From Octopus vulgaris (lineage: Eukaryota), in contig OX597815.1 of assembly GCA_951406725.2 (NCBI GenBank), positions 33,108,001 through 33,172,000 of the forward strand: 64,000 nucleotides of DNA, written 5' to 3'. This document shows positions 44,687 through 62,129 of the stretch, one piece after another. The notes under the pieces are model-generated. The model worked only from the letters and a program-made list of their open reading frames with translations. It was not told the origin of the DNA and made no database searches. A program made the position numbers and the translations under genes. Each line of letters begins with the position of its first letter. The first letter of the stretch is position 1.

Positions 44687-45456
44687 ATAATGATCGTTTA
44701 TAATTTTGGCATAAGGTCGGCGATTTTGAGTGGAGAGGATTGGTTGATTATATTGACTCCGATATTTCACTGGTACTTTATATTGTCAATCCCAAAAGAA
44801 TGAAAATTGACCTCAGTGGAATTTTAACTTAGAATTTAAGGAGCCGAACTTAAATGCTTTTAAGCATTTTATCTGATCCTCTGACAATTCTACAGATCTG
44901 CACTAATGCGAATGCCGTAAGCTAGCACAAGAGGAATATAAGTGTAGGTATTATTGTTAGTTAAAGACTGCTTTGGGATGTTATCCGAATGTGATTATTC
45001 AAAGTGACAGAAAAGTAGTATGAATACAAGCTGTAATGGTAAAATACATTTATAGGACTTATAGTGTTTCTTCATAAAGACTGGTAACACCTCTGAAGCA
45101 AGGAAACTAGGTATGATCGTAGATGACAAAAAAATAGACTGTCTGATCATAATCTCTACAATACTACGTGATGATAGAGAGATGAAGAGAGTGTGGAAGA
45201 CAAATATGGAAATTGTTCCTGTGGTAACTGGTGCAATAGCCTAACTGTTATCTAAGAAGCTGAAGTATACTAAAATTGAGACACACATTGCCGATTTGTT
45301 GAAAAGTACCATCATGTGTTCTGCGTGAATCTTAAGAAAGATTCTGAAGGTTTGAAGAAATTAGATGTTGTCAAACTTCAACATAGTACCTCTGCTAACT
45401 AAAGTCGCACGTAAAAGATTCATAATATCTTTTTTTCTTCTTTTATTAGCACAAAG

Positions 45457-45762
45457 GGAGGCGCAATAGCCCAGCGGTTAGGGCAGCTGACTCGCGGTCG
45501 GAGGATCGCGTTTTCGATTCCCAGACCGGGCGTTGTGTGTGTTTATTGAGCAAAAACACCTAAAGGCCCCACGAGGCTCCGGCAGGGGGTGGTGACGACC
45601 CCTGTTGTACTCTTTCGCCACACTTTCTCTCCCTGTTTCTTCCTGTTTCTTGAGTAACGCTACGATGGACTGCTGGGGGAAACATATACGCCACAGAAGC
45701 CGGGAAACCGGGCCCATGAGCCTGGCTAGGCTTGAAAAGGGCGCATAAATAATAATAAATAA
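45457..45762 (+). mobile_element. SINE family A head with tail 3, 12-bp TSD, inserted at the end of a family C SINE
   Basis: TSD attagcacaaag at 45445-45456 and 45763-45774; (TAA/TAAA) tail; family C sequence (minus strand) continues to ~45962. Confidence 0.85.
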
Positions 45763-46398
45763 ATTAGCACAAAGCCTGACATTTTGGGGGTTGCTAATCG
45801 ATTAAATCAGTCCCAGTACTCAACTGGTACCCATTTTATCGACCCTGAAAGAATAAAGGCAAATTCAACCTCGTCGTAATTTTGAAAGCATAACATAAAT
45901 ATAAAGGAAATTCCGCCGAACACTTTGTCCGGCATGTTGACCATTCTGCTAGCTCACCGCCTTATAGATCAACATAAAATGTCGAAACCCGGATCGAACG
46001 AATGACCTAACAACAACAACAATATCAGTAGTAACAGCAGTAGTAGCAGCAGCAACAACAACAACAATATCGAAAACGGCGTATTAGTGCTCAGCTCTTG
46101 CCGAAAGACCGGCACAAATGATTTTGTTTATAGTAATCAAATGTATTTGCTGTACATTAGCTCACTACCTCAATCAAATTGACTTTGCCCGAACAGGTGC
46201 ACGGTGTGCCATGCGTAAGTTGTCGAGGTGATCGTAGAGAGATGTGAGATGAAGTGTTTTGCTCAAGAACGCAACGCACAACCCGGTCTATGAACTGAAA
46301 CCCCGATCTCACAATGGTGAATGCAACATCACTAGGGCACGCGTTCTCACAACACCAGCAACAAAAACGATAATAATAATAATAATAATAATAATAAT

Positions 46399-46862
<464 letters not shown>

Positions 46863-46919
46863 AGTACAAAAAATCTGATAAATACCAAAAAGAAGTCATA
46901 ATAACAAACATGAAGAAAA

Positions 46920-47862
46920 AGAAAAAACATCAAAAGCTGTAGAATAACTGCAATCCAAACTAAAACTGGAACAGTGACGTATCATGATAAAACGATGGTA
47001 AGACAAGCCCCTTCATGGCAAATACTGGATTAAACTAGACGCAAAAGAAATAGACAAAGCAAAATCCCAACAATGGCTGAGAAGATCAGGACTGAAAACA
47101 GAGACTGAAGGAATTTTAATTGCACCACAAGACCAAAGCCTCCCCACCAGAAATTACCAAAAACATAATGAAAAGAAACATAACAAGTAACTGCAGAATA
47201 TGTGGAGTTGGAGAAGAAACAATAATTCATATTTTCTCCGGCTGCCCTGTCGTGGCTAAGAAGGAATATATTCACAGACACATCAGAGTTAAGACCAACA
47301 TACACTGGAAGCTATGCCAACACTATGGAATAACAACAGAAAAAAGATGGTATAGGCACACGCCAGAAAAGGTTAGAGAGAGAATGAGAGAACAACAATA
47401 CTATGGGATATGCCAATACACACAGATAGAGAAATTAAGACCAATAGGCCAGATATAGTTGTCAGAGATCATGAATAAAAAAGATGTTTTCTCATTGATA
47501 TATCAATACCAGCAGATGACAACGTTTCTCTAAAACAAATGGAGAAACTTTCAAAATGCAAAAACCTGGAAATAGAGGTAACTTGAATGTGGAGCCTAAA
47601 AGCAGAAACAATTCCTATCATAGTGGACGCATTAGGTATGATAAAAAATATTCAGACAAATACATAACAAAAACCAAGACTAATATATATATATATAACA
47701 TACAGAAAATAGCACTGCTAGGCACCGCACACATCCTACGTAAAACACTTCCAGTACAGTAACCATCAGAGCATCACGGCAAACCACAGCACATACCCAA
47801 GGCACACAGAGCTGATCTCGGTAGTGCTGTGAAAGTACGTTATAAAAATAAGACTACTGAAT
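46920..47862 (+). mobile_element. 5'-truncated R4/Dong LINE (CCHC + restriction-like endonuclease)
   Basis: KPLHGKY, LKTETEG, CRICGVGEETIIHIFSGC, RH..V, ILWD, NRPDIVV, LIDISIP, KIALLGTAHILRK; ends in TAA repeats. Confidence 0.85.
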
Positions 47863-49299
47863 AATAATAATAGTAATTTCTAGAATAGGCACAATTAGTA
47901 CAGTCTATTTTATAAATCCCAATATTTTATCGGTTTCTATTTCATCACTCGCTTTATGAACAACTCATACAAGAACAAACCAACAATACAGCTACTGTGA
48001 GGTTTTTCAATCTGCTAGAAATAGCAGCCAAGTCTCCCTCCAATATAGTTTTGTCTCACAAAAAATGGCACATTGGGTAATGTGAGACAAGATAACAACC
48101 TCTTAGAAATTAAAAAAAACAGGCTGAGTACTGCTGAAAAGCATCTTTTTCATAGGTAAGATTGATCAGAGCGGACATAAAGATAAAAAGCAAGGAAAGC
48201 AACAGCCACTTATATAGTAACATATTAATTCAAGTATACAACATAGAAACCTATCACTGAAAATAAAAGTATCTCATTGAAAATAAAGTCTTTACAAAAT
48301 CAATTGCAAAATCCCGAGAGGAAATATGTGGAAAAATTTTTTAATACAAAAGTACTTGAAAGCAAAGTACTCTCTAAATCACAAACATATTCTATCATGC
48401 AAAGCAACAACATTTTGAACACAACAAATAGTTCAATCCCAATCAAAAACAACTTTATCAAGAACAGAATGAAAAAGAAAAAAAAAAGAAACCGAAACAG
48501 TATGAATAGTAAAAGAAGTAGAAAGAAAATGTGAAATAGGAGGAGGGAAGGAAACAGAGGGAAGTGGAGAAGGAGGATGGTGGTGAGCGAAGATATTGCT
48601 ACAGGCGTAAATGTTCAAAACACATGAACACCGGGAAAATTGCGTCGAGCAGTAGCACAATAAGTAGCTCCAGTGTGACAAAAAATATATACGAATGTAA
48701 AGCTCAGGGAAATGAATAAATTCTAAAGTTCTCGTGGAAAACAGACACAAAGTATTAGCAAAAATATTTAATAATTTATTAACAGGACCAGAAACGATAT
48801 CTAAATTGCACATGTAGAATGACACCGTCTTAATCGCTATCAAAGGAACTTCAAGCCCTCCAAAATATACACCTATAACTTAAATACCTTACATTATACA
48901 AAGAATCAATTTCCACATCACAGTACTTGTTATGAAAAATGTATCAAAATAACATTGAAAAGAAGAGTATTTACAATAACTACTAATATGTTAAAAAAAG
49001 AAAAGAAATATGAAAATTAATAAAATACAGACTTACAATATGAGCTACACAAAGTACAAAATACATTCAGGCGCATTAGCTGAGTATTCAAAACAGAACA
49101 AATTAAGGTAATAAGCGTTATTACTCCAGATGTTCCATTAATATGCTTTAGCTATAATATTCTCAACCAGAAGCTATGTGAATTTACAAAACTAGATAGC
49201 AAATAAGTAAAATAATGATACGGAAAGATTATTTTAATAGCAAATACTTCAAGTCAATCGAGAGGTCGGAGTTCCTCCAGTTTTATGCCAACGACTGCT

Positions 49300-51420
49300 G
49301 GCAGCATACGTTTCTTTTCTGACTCACCCAAAGCAGTTAGGTAGGTGAATGATACTATCTTTTGGGCATGTCTGCTCATATTCACACAAGAAAAATCAAT
49401 GCTTCTAATACCTCATAGTTGTGTTCAAGCTATTCTAGCAACAGGCAGGATTTGCAACGACTGATAAAAACTCACTCACCCCATCAAACTGGGTGACGTT
49501 TACTAATTACGCAATGCTTGCAAGACCACTATTCGAATCGGGAATCGAGATAGCCCGCCTTTCCATCAGTAGCCAATCCTTTTGATCTTTGCCAAAAGGA
49601 TTTCCAACGTTGCAGAGACCTTTTTCTCAACCATGGTTCTATGAGTAACACCCTCACAAAGAAAGCTTCCACCTTCGCTGCTTGCTTTGCAACCAATTCC
49701 ATACAAAATACTCTTGCCAAGTTTGCTCCAATTCTCTTCTTTTCCACTATCTCGCATACTCAAGCAAGTGCTAAAGCACCTCTAGTCACGTCAAATTAAC
49801 AAGGTTGTATTTTTTTCCATTACCTTCAAACATTGTTCCCCAGAATTAGCTATTATCTTTATCAAACTCTTGAAGTTTTGCCTCTCCCCTGATCTTTGGA
49901 AACATGCTTCAGTGATACCCAAATATCGCCCTAACGACATCACTTTTAATATTTCTAAGGCAATAAAGACATCTATTAATGAGTAAAAGCCTCTAAAACC
50001 TTGAATCATCTCTCGCTCATCTTGATGACCACAGTAGGGTTTCTGTAAAGCTAGGTCAACTAGATTAGCGACGTACTCCCTTCAGTCACTCAGCAGTAGG
50101 CTCTTGCTTTGAAAGCTTTTTTGAAAATAATATTGCCACCCGCGATATCATAAAAACCTTTGACCAGGTCTGATATGTAAATCTCCCATCCGAAACTGCA
50201 TGTCTTGGAATAAAAGTTCCCTATCAGATCGAACTACTATCGCATGTGTTGACGGAGCTCTTTTGATTCCTCTTTCTATCAATTCCAGGGTTTCCCCACT
50301 GCTATCAATAACTTACTAACAAACATCCAATAACACCAATTCTTATCCAGCTTATACTAACCTTCATTTCTCCCTAACATTTTTAGCCATTCACCAGCCT
50401 CTCGCAACCCAGATACCACACACAAAACCCATACCAAGACAAGAACAAAAATCTTGAAAGCATCCTCTAATGGAAAGATAACATTCTTGCGTCTTTTAAA
50501 AGCCAAGAAACACAAACGGTACTCATGCAGTCGTGGCCAAAAGTTTGGAACATTTTTTTAAATAATTAAAATTGTTATGCTTAAGTACAATTCGATTCAA
50601 ATATATACAATGTAGAGATATACTTACCTAATAATTTTTATAGATACCACCATATTACTGTAAGTAGTAACAATATATTTCAAATCAAAATATGACTTTG
50701 GGCATCAAATACAAAAATTCTAATTTTCAGACTTATGATCTAAACTTTTGGCCACGACTGTAAAGAAATCAATATCACACCATGTTTCCTCTTAATCATG
50801 AGCAACACTCAGAGCGCTCAAAATCGCACCAGGTGTTGGGCCTTACAATCGCCAAGAATCTCTCCTCACAAAAGTATAACCTTCATTAGGACCGCATCCC
50901 ATAGACTGGTCTTTTGTTTTCAAGATCACAATGTAGTTCATCTCCTAATAAGTAGTCATACTTTACAAAGCTGAGGTAAAACCAACAATGGAGTACAGCT
51001 CTCACATTTAGAACGGTAGTGTAACTACACCTGCATGCATAAGAGAGATATGTGTCTGTCTCAGAGACAGGTTCTAGCTTCTGATCCATTGGCGAGTTGC
51101 CTCATATTTCTACTTTTTTACTGATACTATAATAGCTTCTGCTCCTCGGAGCAGAGCTGGTTTAGCTCAGACTTTCCTGTCCTACTAATCTTTCCTTATA
51201 GCATCATCCTCGTTGTGTTCGACCTTTCCAGGTCCCGCATTACGCCTAGTACTTCCTACACGTTGGGCCCCTATAATTCTTTCTCTGTTTGTGTGTTTCT
51301 TGCTAGGGTGGACTTATATATGTTTAAGAGAAACAGTGATGGCATCAGCTTCACGGATGTAAGAGGGCCTATTAAGACCTTAGGTACTGCCCATTCCTCC
51401 AGATCTAGCAAGTTAAAAAA
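49300..51420 (+). mobile_element. Highly decayed CR1/Jockey-like LINE RT
   Basis: Remnants YRP..IT..ISK, DIIKTFDQV (cf. DISKAFDRV), KAEVKPTMEYSSHI; boundaries approximate. Confidence 0.55.
50528..50760. mobile_element. Tc1-type MITE (233 bp) nested in the decayed LINE
   Basis: Perfect 19-bp TIRs CAGTCGTGGCCAAAAGTTT / AAACTTTTGGCCACGACTG; right flank is TA. Confidence 0.85.
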
Positions 51421-53570
51421 TGACTGGAAGTAGAGATCTTAGCAAGTAAAAAATTATCTTTTGCAAAAATATCTAGATATCAATATAGAGACCAATGCAA
51501 ATATCTACAATGCAAGAACGAAATCCTCCGCCAAAAGAAAAAAAAATGTATATTTTCCTTCTCCGTGATAAGCATGAATGTAATGTAAAGTCGATGTAAC
51601 AAATAACAGCGTGAAAGACGGTGAAATAATAACAGAAATTACACAGACACACACACACAGACACACACACACAGACACACACACATATGTATAACAAATG
51701 AAAAAATTGAACTAAAAAAGGAATTATAAAATGTCATGTTAAGACGTTGACAATAAAATATCTGAGAAATGTAGAAGCAAAATAAAAGAGAATTTCAGCA
51801 CTCACCGAGGAACGGAGACAATACTGATATCGGGAGATTTACTATGGCGACACAAACCTTCGGGAAAAAATTTACCAAAAGCTTATCATGAATCAGAACA
51901 CACACACACACACACATACAAAAAGAAAACTGCCGAATATATGGATGTCGTGGAGAAACAATCAATTACATTTTTTTCTGTTGTCCACACGCATGCCCAC
52001 ACAGACATGCATACATACATACACACACACACATATATATATATATATATCGTTTCTGTACTTGTGTTCTATGATTCTTGACGTGGAATAAGCTTCTATA
52101 TAAAGCAATCATGAATTGATAACTCAAAAGTCAACCCGCTCTTTTGTTTTGCTCATCGGAAACATCGGAGCGATGTATTTACATTTTTATAATTTCCTAT
52201 CACAGCTTAGAGGATTTCTCATATATATTGGGTTGGTACATAATTAGTCACCTTTGTTTTTTTTTATTATTATTATTCTAAAACTGCTGTAAATTAAATT
52301 ATAAAATAGTCGTTAATAATGCACCAACCCAGTATATTTATTTTAGTCCTTCCGATTCATGCTGTGCATAAAGAATATATTTTTAATCAATGAGAAGCCG
52401 TCTAAAGTATATGAATCATGCTCTCTTCTACAATAATGGCTTAATTTGTGACTACTTTATATAGCGGGTGAATATTCCATTATAGCGGGTGAATATTCCA
52501 TGCTATCGATAGCGGAAAAATCGGATACGTCGCATGGTCAACAAACTTCGAAATTCCGTGAGATCATTCCTTTTTTTCGTATCTCAAAAGCATACAAGGA
52601 ATGTGCTTACAGTTTTATAATTTTATTATTATAATTTTATAATTTTATATCATCGATTTACAATTGTTTCATCGAACATCGATCTCATGAGCATTGCTAT
52701 GTTATTGAATAATAAATGCAAGCATAAATATATGTGGTATCCTAGTCACAATACTGAAGATCGTTTCTTTAGAATCATCATAGAGGTTATTCTCTGTGGA
52801 TACTAGTTAACGATATAACTTTTACCCAAACCAATTTGAGCTCGTTGAAATGGTCACATTTACATATCATAAGCACCCACCCCAAAAATCTTCGTTTGAC
52901 CCGACCGGTCAAGAAGAATGATGAATCAAAAAAAAAAGAAAGAATAAAAGCATAAAAAAAGAAAATAAAAGCATAAAAAAAAGAAAAGCTTTTTTTTAGA
53001 TAATAAAATAAATTATAGTAATTTGAACAGTTTCTGGCTTAAAGTACTAGCAGTGAAACTCTTCAAAGGTTCTGTTATCTCTAATAGTCCATCTGAAAAA
53101 ATAAGTTTCCAAATTATAGGGGTATATATATTTTTACCATCCATTCTCTTTCGCTATATTTGCTTGTTTCTCTCTGAACAAGAGTTCCTGGTTTACTACG
53201 TAGGAGTGTGTGTGCATATATGTATTAATGTGTTTGTTGAGTGCTTAGAGGTAAGTAAAATTTTATCGTATGTGCATGATTAGACGAGAATATTCTGAAG
53301 GAAATAAGCAAGAGAATTACAGATTTAAAGGTAGAAAGATAAATGGGTAAAGATACGTATGGGATAGCGATCGTTAGTTAAAACAAGATATATAGACAAA
53401 TAGCATTTTTTCACATACAGAAACCTGTGAAGGAACATCGTCTGTCACTTGTAGACATAATGGCGTTAGAATTACATTCCTTTATCTATAATTCACGTAT
53501 GAATTTATAACGATATTTTTTTGTATTTTTCTATCTCTGACAAATAAATTTACTCTCGTATACATACATG

Positions 53571-53634
<64 letters not shown>

Positions 53635-53996
53635 CATACATACATACATACATACATACATACATACATACATACATACATACATACATACATACATGTT
53701 TATATATATGTATTCATATATTATGTTGACAGCCACTTACGGTCATATACTTTTTACAACCTATCTATTACACTTCAGTTCACACTAATATTTTAATATC
53801 CAAATTACTCTCACCCAAATACCCATATAAATCTCAAACCTTCACCTCACGTTTCTCCTCTCCTCATCAATAATAACCAATATTAATGTTCACAATTTTA
53901 AACTTTAGCTACCGAAACTTTAACGTTAGTCATAATGAAAGCATGAATTATATAACTTAATCTGTTATACTAATTATTGTTTCAAATTATTGTTTC

Positions 53997-54420
53997 ACAC
54001 AAGGTCAGCAATTTCGGGTTAGGAGTTATGTCCATTACATCGATCTCAGTACTCAATTGGCACCTATTTTATCGTTCCCGAAAAGATGAAAGACAAATTT
54101 GATCTCGGCGAAATTTGATCTCAGAACGTAAAGGCAGACAAAATTCAACTGAGTATCATATTCGGCGCGTTAACGGTTTCTGGTAGTTCGCCACCTTACT
54201 CGTTTTTATTTATGATATTAGAAATGAATAAGACGGCGAGTTGGCAGAATCGTTACTGCGCCGGGGAAAATGCTTAGCGGCATTTCGTCCGTCATTATGT
54301 TCTGAGTTCAAATTATGTCAAGATAGACTTTGCCTTTCATCTTTTCAAGGTCGATAAAATAAGTACCAGGTGAGAACTGGGGTCGATGAAACTTCTGGCC
54401 TTGTGTGAAAATTTGAAACC
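53997..54420. mobile_element. Head-to-head pair of family C SINEs (53997-54196 minus, 54232-54420 plus)
   Basis: Two oppositely oriented copies about 35 bp apart. Confidence 0.75.
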
Positions 54421-55099
54421 AATATTAGAAATAAATATTTCACCAAAATTAACGGTTTCTCCCCATGAAATATTTTAAGAGAGTTTGATAAATATGAAAA
54501 GAAATTCCCTGACAGCTATTTACTGATTAGATGCCAAATAAGAGAAAAACTACTTCGAATGTCAAATCGTATTTTATTGCAAGAAGACAAGCAGAGAAGT
54601 ATAAAGAAGTTCGCTTTGATTGATCTTTTGGACTACGCTTTCTTTTAAATACAGATATATCTTTTCTGATGATAGAATATACTGTAATGATGTCTGATAT
54701 TTACTTATCTGAACATTGAAAAACGATAGGAACTGCTATAAAATATATACTAATGAAGTGTGAAAATTACTAGTTTATGTCTTCTTATCTAGCAAAAGAA
54801 CTAAAAGCGAGAGGGAAACCGAAAGAGTAATTTAACATTAAAAGCCAATGTGTTGCAATGAAAAGTTCCTACGGCGCAAACAAAATATGTACAAGTCATT
54901 TAATGTGATTCAACAGGTGGAATGAGTCAGCAAACTGAAGATCATCAATTAGCTGTGTCAGTTCTCACATGTCATTTTTATATTTGTTGCACTTCAATAC
55001 TTTTGATGCGCAGTTTAACTTCATTAGTTCTATTATAGTGTTTGGGTTTAACAGATTTATTATCATTTGTCAGGCTTGTTTCCGAGCGAGGAGATTAAC

Positions 55100-55895
55100 A
55101 ATATGAGATGCTCGTTTTAGCATTTTCTACAGAAGTAACCATAATAAGAAAAAAGTTTCTGCCTGTTTGGATGATGTTCGTATCCAAGACTATGTTCTTT
55201 CAGCAGTCGGCTATCCATACGGCCAAAGCAGCTTCCATACGGATGATAGTTTTATCATCACTCTCTTCGCCGACTTATTAAAGGTGATGGCAGCCATCTT
55301 CCTTCTTGATGTAGCGAACGGTGGATTCGTTCACGCTAAAATGGTGGGCTACGGCAGCGAAAGTTCCCCCTTCCTTCAACATATCTAGAAGTTTCACCTT
55401 CTCAGTGATCGTCATCATTCTTCGTTTGCGTTTAGGCTCAGTACTACCAGCCTTGGAAGAAGCGGCACGCTTGGAGCAATTCCAGGGGATGAAAACGGAA
55501 AGTTCAACGCAAAGAGAGAAAAAAAATCACACATAGCACAGCGTAAAGTAGTACAGTAAACCACTCGGTGAGAAAGCTTGAAGCGAAATGGCCGCGAGAG
55601 AGAAACAAGGGAAGATGCTGCGGATCTGAGCATCGGTCAGAGCACCAGTCACAGGCCAGATTACAAAACAGAAAGCTGTGATTCGTCGTCACTCTCCATT
55701 GCACCAATCACAAAGTTCAAATACCCCTGTATATATTTTTTGCTGTTTTGCGCTTGTTTTGTTGTTCCTAAACTAGGAAATAATATTTATTATTAATATT
55801 TTAATGAATTTAATGTTCATACATATATATATATTAAAAATCCGCGAAGTCGTGAATCCGCGATAGTTGAACCGCGAAGTAGCGAGGGATCACTG
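55100..55895 (-). mobile_element. Tigger/pogo-like transposon 5' fragment
   Basis: Terminus CAGTGATCCCTCGCTACTTCGCGG; minus-strand PKRKRRMMTITEKVKLLDMLKEGGTFAAVAHHFSVNESTVRYI (CENP-B-type HTH). Confidence 0.75.
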
Positions 55896-55903
55896 TGTAT
55901 ATA

Positions 55904-55940
<37 letters not shown>

Positions 55941-56147
55941 TTTATATATTGTATATATATTTTACATATTGTATATATACATTGTATATATATTTTAATT
56001 CCAAGTTAGAAGTTGTGAATCCAATGTATATTCTTGTAATTGTCAGTTTGGTAAATAAATAAATAATTTGACATAATATAACGTCTAAAAGTGGATGAAC
56101 CACCTATTGATCTCCTCCGTTTTCTTATTGCTCTTTCTCTCTCTCTC

Positions 56148-57970
<1,823 letters not shown>

Positions 57971-57980
57971 TATAAGAAGC

Positions 57981-58050
<70 letters not shown>

Positions 58051-58113
58051 ATACATATACATATATATATGTATATATATATATAGTTTTTCAGATGGCT
58101 AATACCCCTTACG

Positions 58114-58165
<52 letters not shown>

Positions 58166-58345
58166 GTATGTATATGTAAATGCAGAGAGAGAGAGAGAGA
58201 TGCGTATTTGTGTGTGTATATGCGCGTGCATCCTAGAGTGACTGGCGAAATAGTTAACGCTTCTTAACCTTCAGTTGACTGATAAATATTCCGGTTTCTA
58301 TAGAATAAATATTGTATTAGACTATCCATGATAAGCACAACTACA

Positions 58346-58388
<43 letters not shown>

Positions 58389-59627
58389 GCGCACACACCC
58401 CCGCATCCATTACTGTGCGTATATTATTGCTTTCAAAAGAGACAGATTAACATAATATTTATTCAGAAGAAGCCAGCATACATATGCAGTGAAGGATAAT
58501 AAATAATTCTGTCTATCACACTGAAGCCAATATGTCGGTGATAAGTCTCCACCTATGTAATTTCCCATCAAGGTAACATTTATCCAGACTTTTATAAGAA
58601 AACTATTTAGCTTATCGTACACTGCAAATATTTATATAGCTTCTGTCAAATTTGTATTGAGATAAGTTTCTTCGATATCTTGATTTTATATCTATACTTA
58701 TAGCCATAAGACAATGAATCGAACATTTTTAGCTTTAATGATTTGAGAATGTGTCATAGAGGGATAGATAGTACAAATAAAAGCCTATATACATTATCCT
58801 TTTTAAGTTTTAGTCTAGGACGAGGACTATTACCCATGAAGTTTACAAGCCCTCTGAGGCTGTTGAGACTGATACGTTTTGATATTCGTTTTAAACGTCT
58901 GTAATTCAACGACTGCAGGGAAGCCTTATGTACGGGAGGAATTTCCGAGCTTTCCTATTCTGTTAAAACGGGTGGATAAAGTGGTCGGTGCAGGAGTTAG
59001 TAGCTGATACACAAAATAGGTAACTAGAAAAGGAAAGACAGATGAGAAGGCTAGCTGGTTCAAAAAAACCGAGGCGTCTTAGAATCGATAGAATAGACAG
59101 AAAGAAGAGAGACGGTATATGTGGAATAAAGATTGGGTTGTAGTGTGTTAGTGAGTGATCTTTGTCCACAGTCAGGTTGCCTTCTTTTGATCGAGATCGA
59201 GTATATTTTGTACGTAACAGCGCAGTTCTAGTAATACGAACAATGGTCCATTCTAGGAGCTTTTTAGAGTGTCATCAATTAATTGATTATTGATCGATAA
59301 GAAAGCTGTGCATGTATACAGAAGCATTGTAGCATCATCTGATGTTATGATGCACTACAGAATAATCCTATAAAATTTGGCCAGCTCTGCGCGATAAATC
59401 TAACTTCATTAATTTAATGTATTTTCTATACAATCTCACCGTATACAGACGGATCAAAGGAGCTACTTTCAAATTTCTTTGAGATTACATCAGTAACAGA
59501 AGACCTTTCTCTGATTGTATGCAGTAGTATTGTATATTGTATATAAATGCAATCCCACAAAAGTCACTAGTATTAAAGGATTTATTAAAACAGATACACC
59601 AATTTTCACAAATAATCCTTTCTCCTA

Positions 59628-59826
59628 TAGGTACAAGGCCTGAAATTTTGCGGGAGGGAGTAAGTCGATCACATCGACCCCACTGTTTCATGGGTACTTA
59701 ATTTATCGATCCCGAGAGGATGGAAGGTAAAGTCAACCTCGGCAGAATTTGAACTCAGAACGTAGACGCGGACGAAATGCCGCTACGTATTTTTTCCGGT
59801 GAGCTAACGATTCTGCCAGCTCGCCA
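59628..59826 (-). mobile_element. SINE family C
   Basis: Reverse complement of the family C consensus. Confidence 0.75.
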
Positions 59827-60196
59827 CAAATAATGCACTCTCGCTGTTAGACTAGCACATTACTGGTACATTAGCAGTGCTCATTTTATTCTATAGTGTT
59901 CTGCTAAAACTGCGTGTCTAAATTAAAAAGATAACTAAAAACACTAGACCAGGAGTTAGGAATCAGCGGCCTTGTAGGGCATTATGCGTGGTCTTTTGAA
60001 TGAATCCAAATTTTGAAGAACATATTTTTTTATTTTTATTAATATGTTTTTGTTCGTCTTTCGTTATTTTTTATTTTAACCTTAAAATGAACGTATTTAA
60101 AATACCAAAGTGCAAAAGAAAGTTCAACAAAATAATCCTCACCGACTGACTGTCACAATTAAAATATTAGCGAGTCATAAGGGCTACTTCAACTCT

Positions 60197-60245
<49 letters not shown>

Positions 60246-60503
60246 TAATAAATAAAATATATGCATACATACAAACATATATGTACGTACCTACATCTAC
60301 ATGTATATATACATGCATATATAAATATATATATACGTGTGTACAGGACACCACAAATAGACGTAGAACTCAACGAGAAACGAAAACGTAAAAACAGCAT
60401 GGAACGGACCATTTTTTTAACAAGGAAAAACAGAGTACAAGACAACTACACAAGGAAAAATCACCTTCATCAGCTGTCCCTAGTTCAACTCCAGCGTGTT
60501 TCG

Positions 60504-60540
<37 letters not shown>

Positions 60541-60642
60541 TTAGTTCTAATGCAACTCTAGAATGTACGTTAACTTACCCACCTGACTTTCGCCACTACC
60601 GATCGAGGCTGGTTAACGAGAGCCCGTGGTGATCCAGTACGC

Positions 60643-61200
60643 CAGTGATTCTCAATTTGTGACTGGTGCACATTTCAAGTGGGATTTGAGAATAATTACA
60701 GAGCTTAACCGTATCCGCATATTTGTTTTATTCTTTTATTCTATTCTTTTATTCTGTCTTTTTAATAATCCATTATGACAAAGAAGACCAAGAGAACGCT
60801 AAAGGAAGAAAATAGAGGTTTAATGAGGATTGGGGACTCCAATAATATTTTTTATTTGCTAAAGATGAGATGATCTGCTTGCTTTGTGATACTGCAATAT
60901 CAGTCTTGAAGAAACTCAGTGCTCATTAGTATTATGCCACACATAAGGACCATAAACATTTCAAATTAGAGAGAGGGTACGAAAGATTGCATTGTAGAAA
61001 TTAAAAGATGAAATGCAAAATCAAAGACAGTTATTTCAAGCAGTGGTAAGTCCCGGAAATAATGCCAATGAATCAACGTATAAAGTAGCTTATATACTCG
61101 GGATAAAATGGAAAACCATTCAGCGATGTAGGAATCATAAAAGAATGCATTGTGCAAGTTCTAGGATGCATGCTTAGACTCTGATAAGGTTTCGAAGTAC
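60643..61200 (+). mobile_element. hAT (Charlie/SPIN, GTF2IRD2-like) transposase 5' remnant
   Basis: CAGTGATTCTCAA terminus; KRTLKEENR.FNEDW, MICLLCD, YKVAYIL..K.KPFSD..IIKECIV. Confidence 0.7.
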
Positions 61201-61489
61201 AATGACAAAATTGTGGGTGTTAAGTCCCCATGGAGGGGTCCTTCTAACTTTGTAAGAAGATGAAATTTTATAAATATTACTTCATTTGTGTCTAATATCT
61301 ATGGTTAAAATTTCATCAACAGCAAAAATATATGAATTGTCATGGGGGTTATGGCCCTTATGCATAGAATATAATTTCCAAATTTCATAAAGATCCGTTC
61401 AGTACTTTTGACCTAGTTTTGGATCATAAAAGAAATTACTAAAATTTGGGAGTTAAGGGCTCCCATTAGGGTGTTTTATATATATATAT

Positions 61490-61830
<341 letters not shown>

Positions 61831-62129
61831 GATATAGGTATAGATACACACACACACACATACAAAGATAAATTGATAGATACAACTGAGTGGGCAAACA
61901 AAAATATGAGACAGCCTAGTGCTTTTTTATGTTAATAAGCCAAGTACTTATTCTATTAGTTTGTTCTTGTGAAACCAGTAAGTTATGGGGATGTAAATAA
62001 ATGAATACCAGTTGTGAAGCAGTGATGAGTGCGAAACACAGAGACAAAGACACACACATACACTTACATATATACATACATATATATACGATTGATTTGT
62101 TTCAGTTCCTGTCTACGAAATCCATATAT

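Noticed and set aside
52459-52501. 21-bp tandem duplication TATAGCGGGTGAATATTCCAT x2
   Set aside because: Simple local slippage duplication with no further structure
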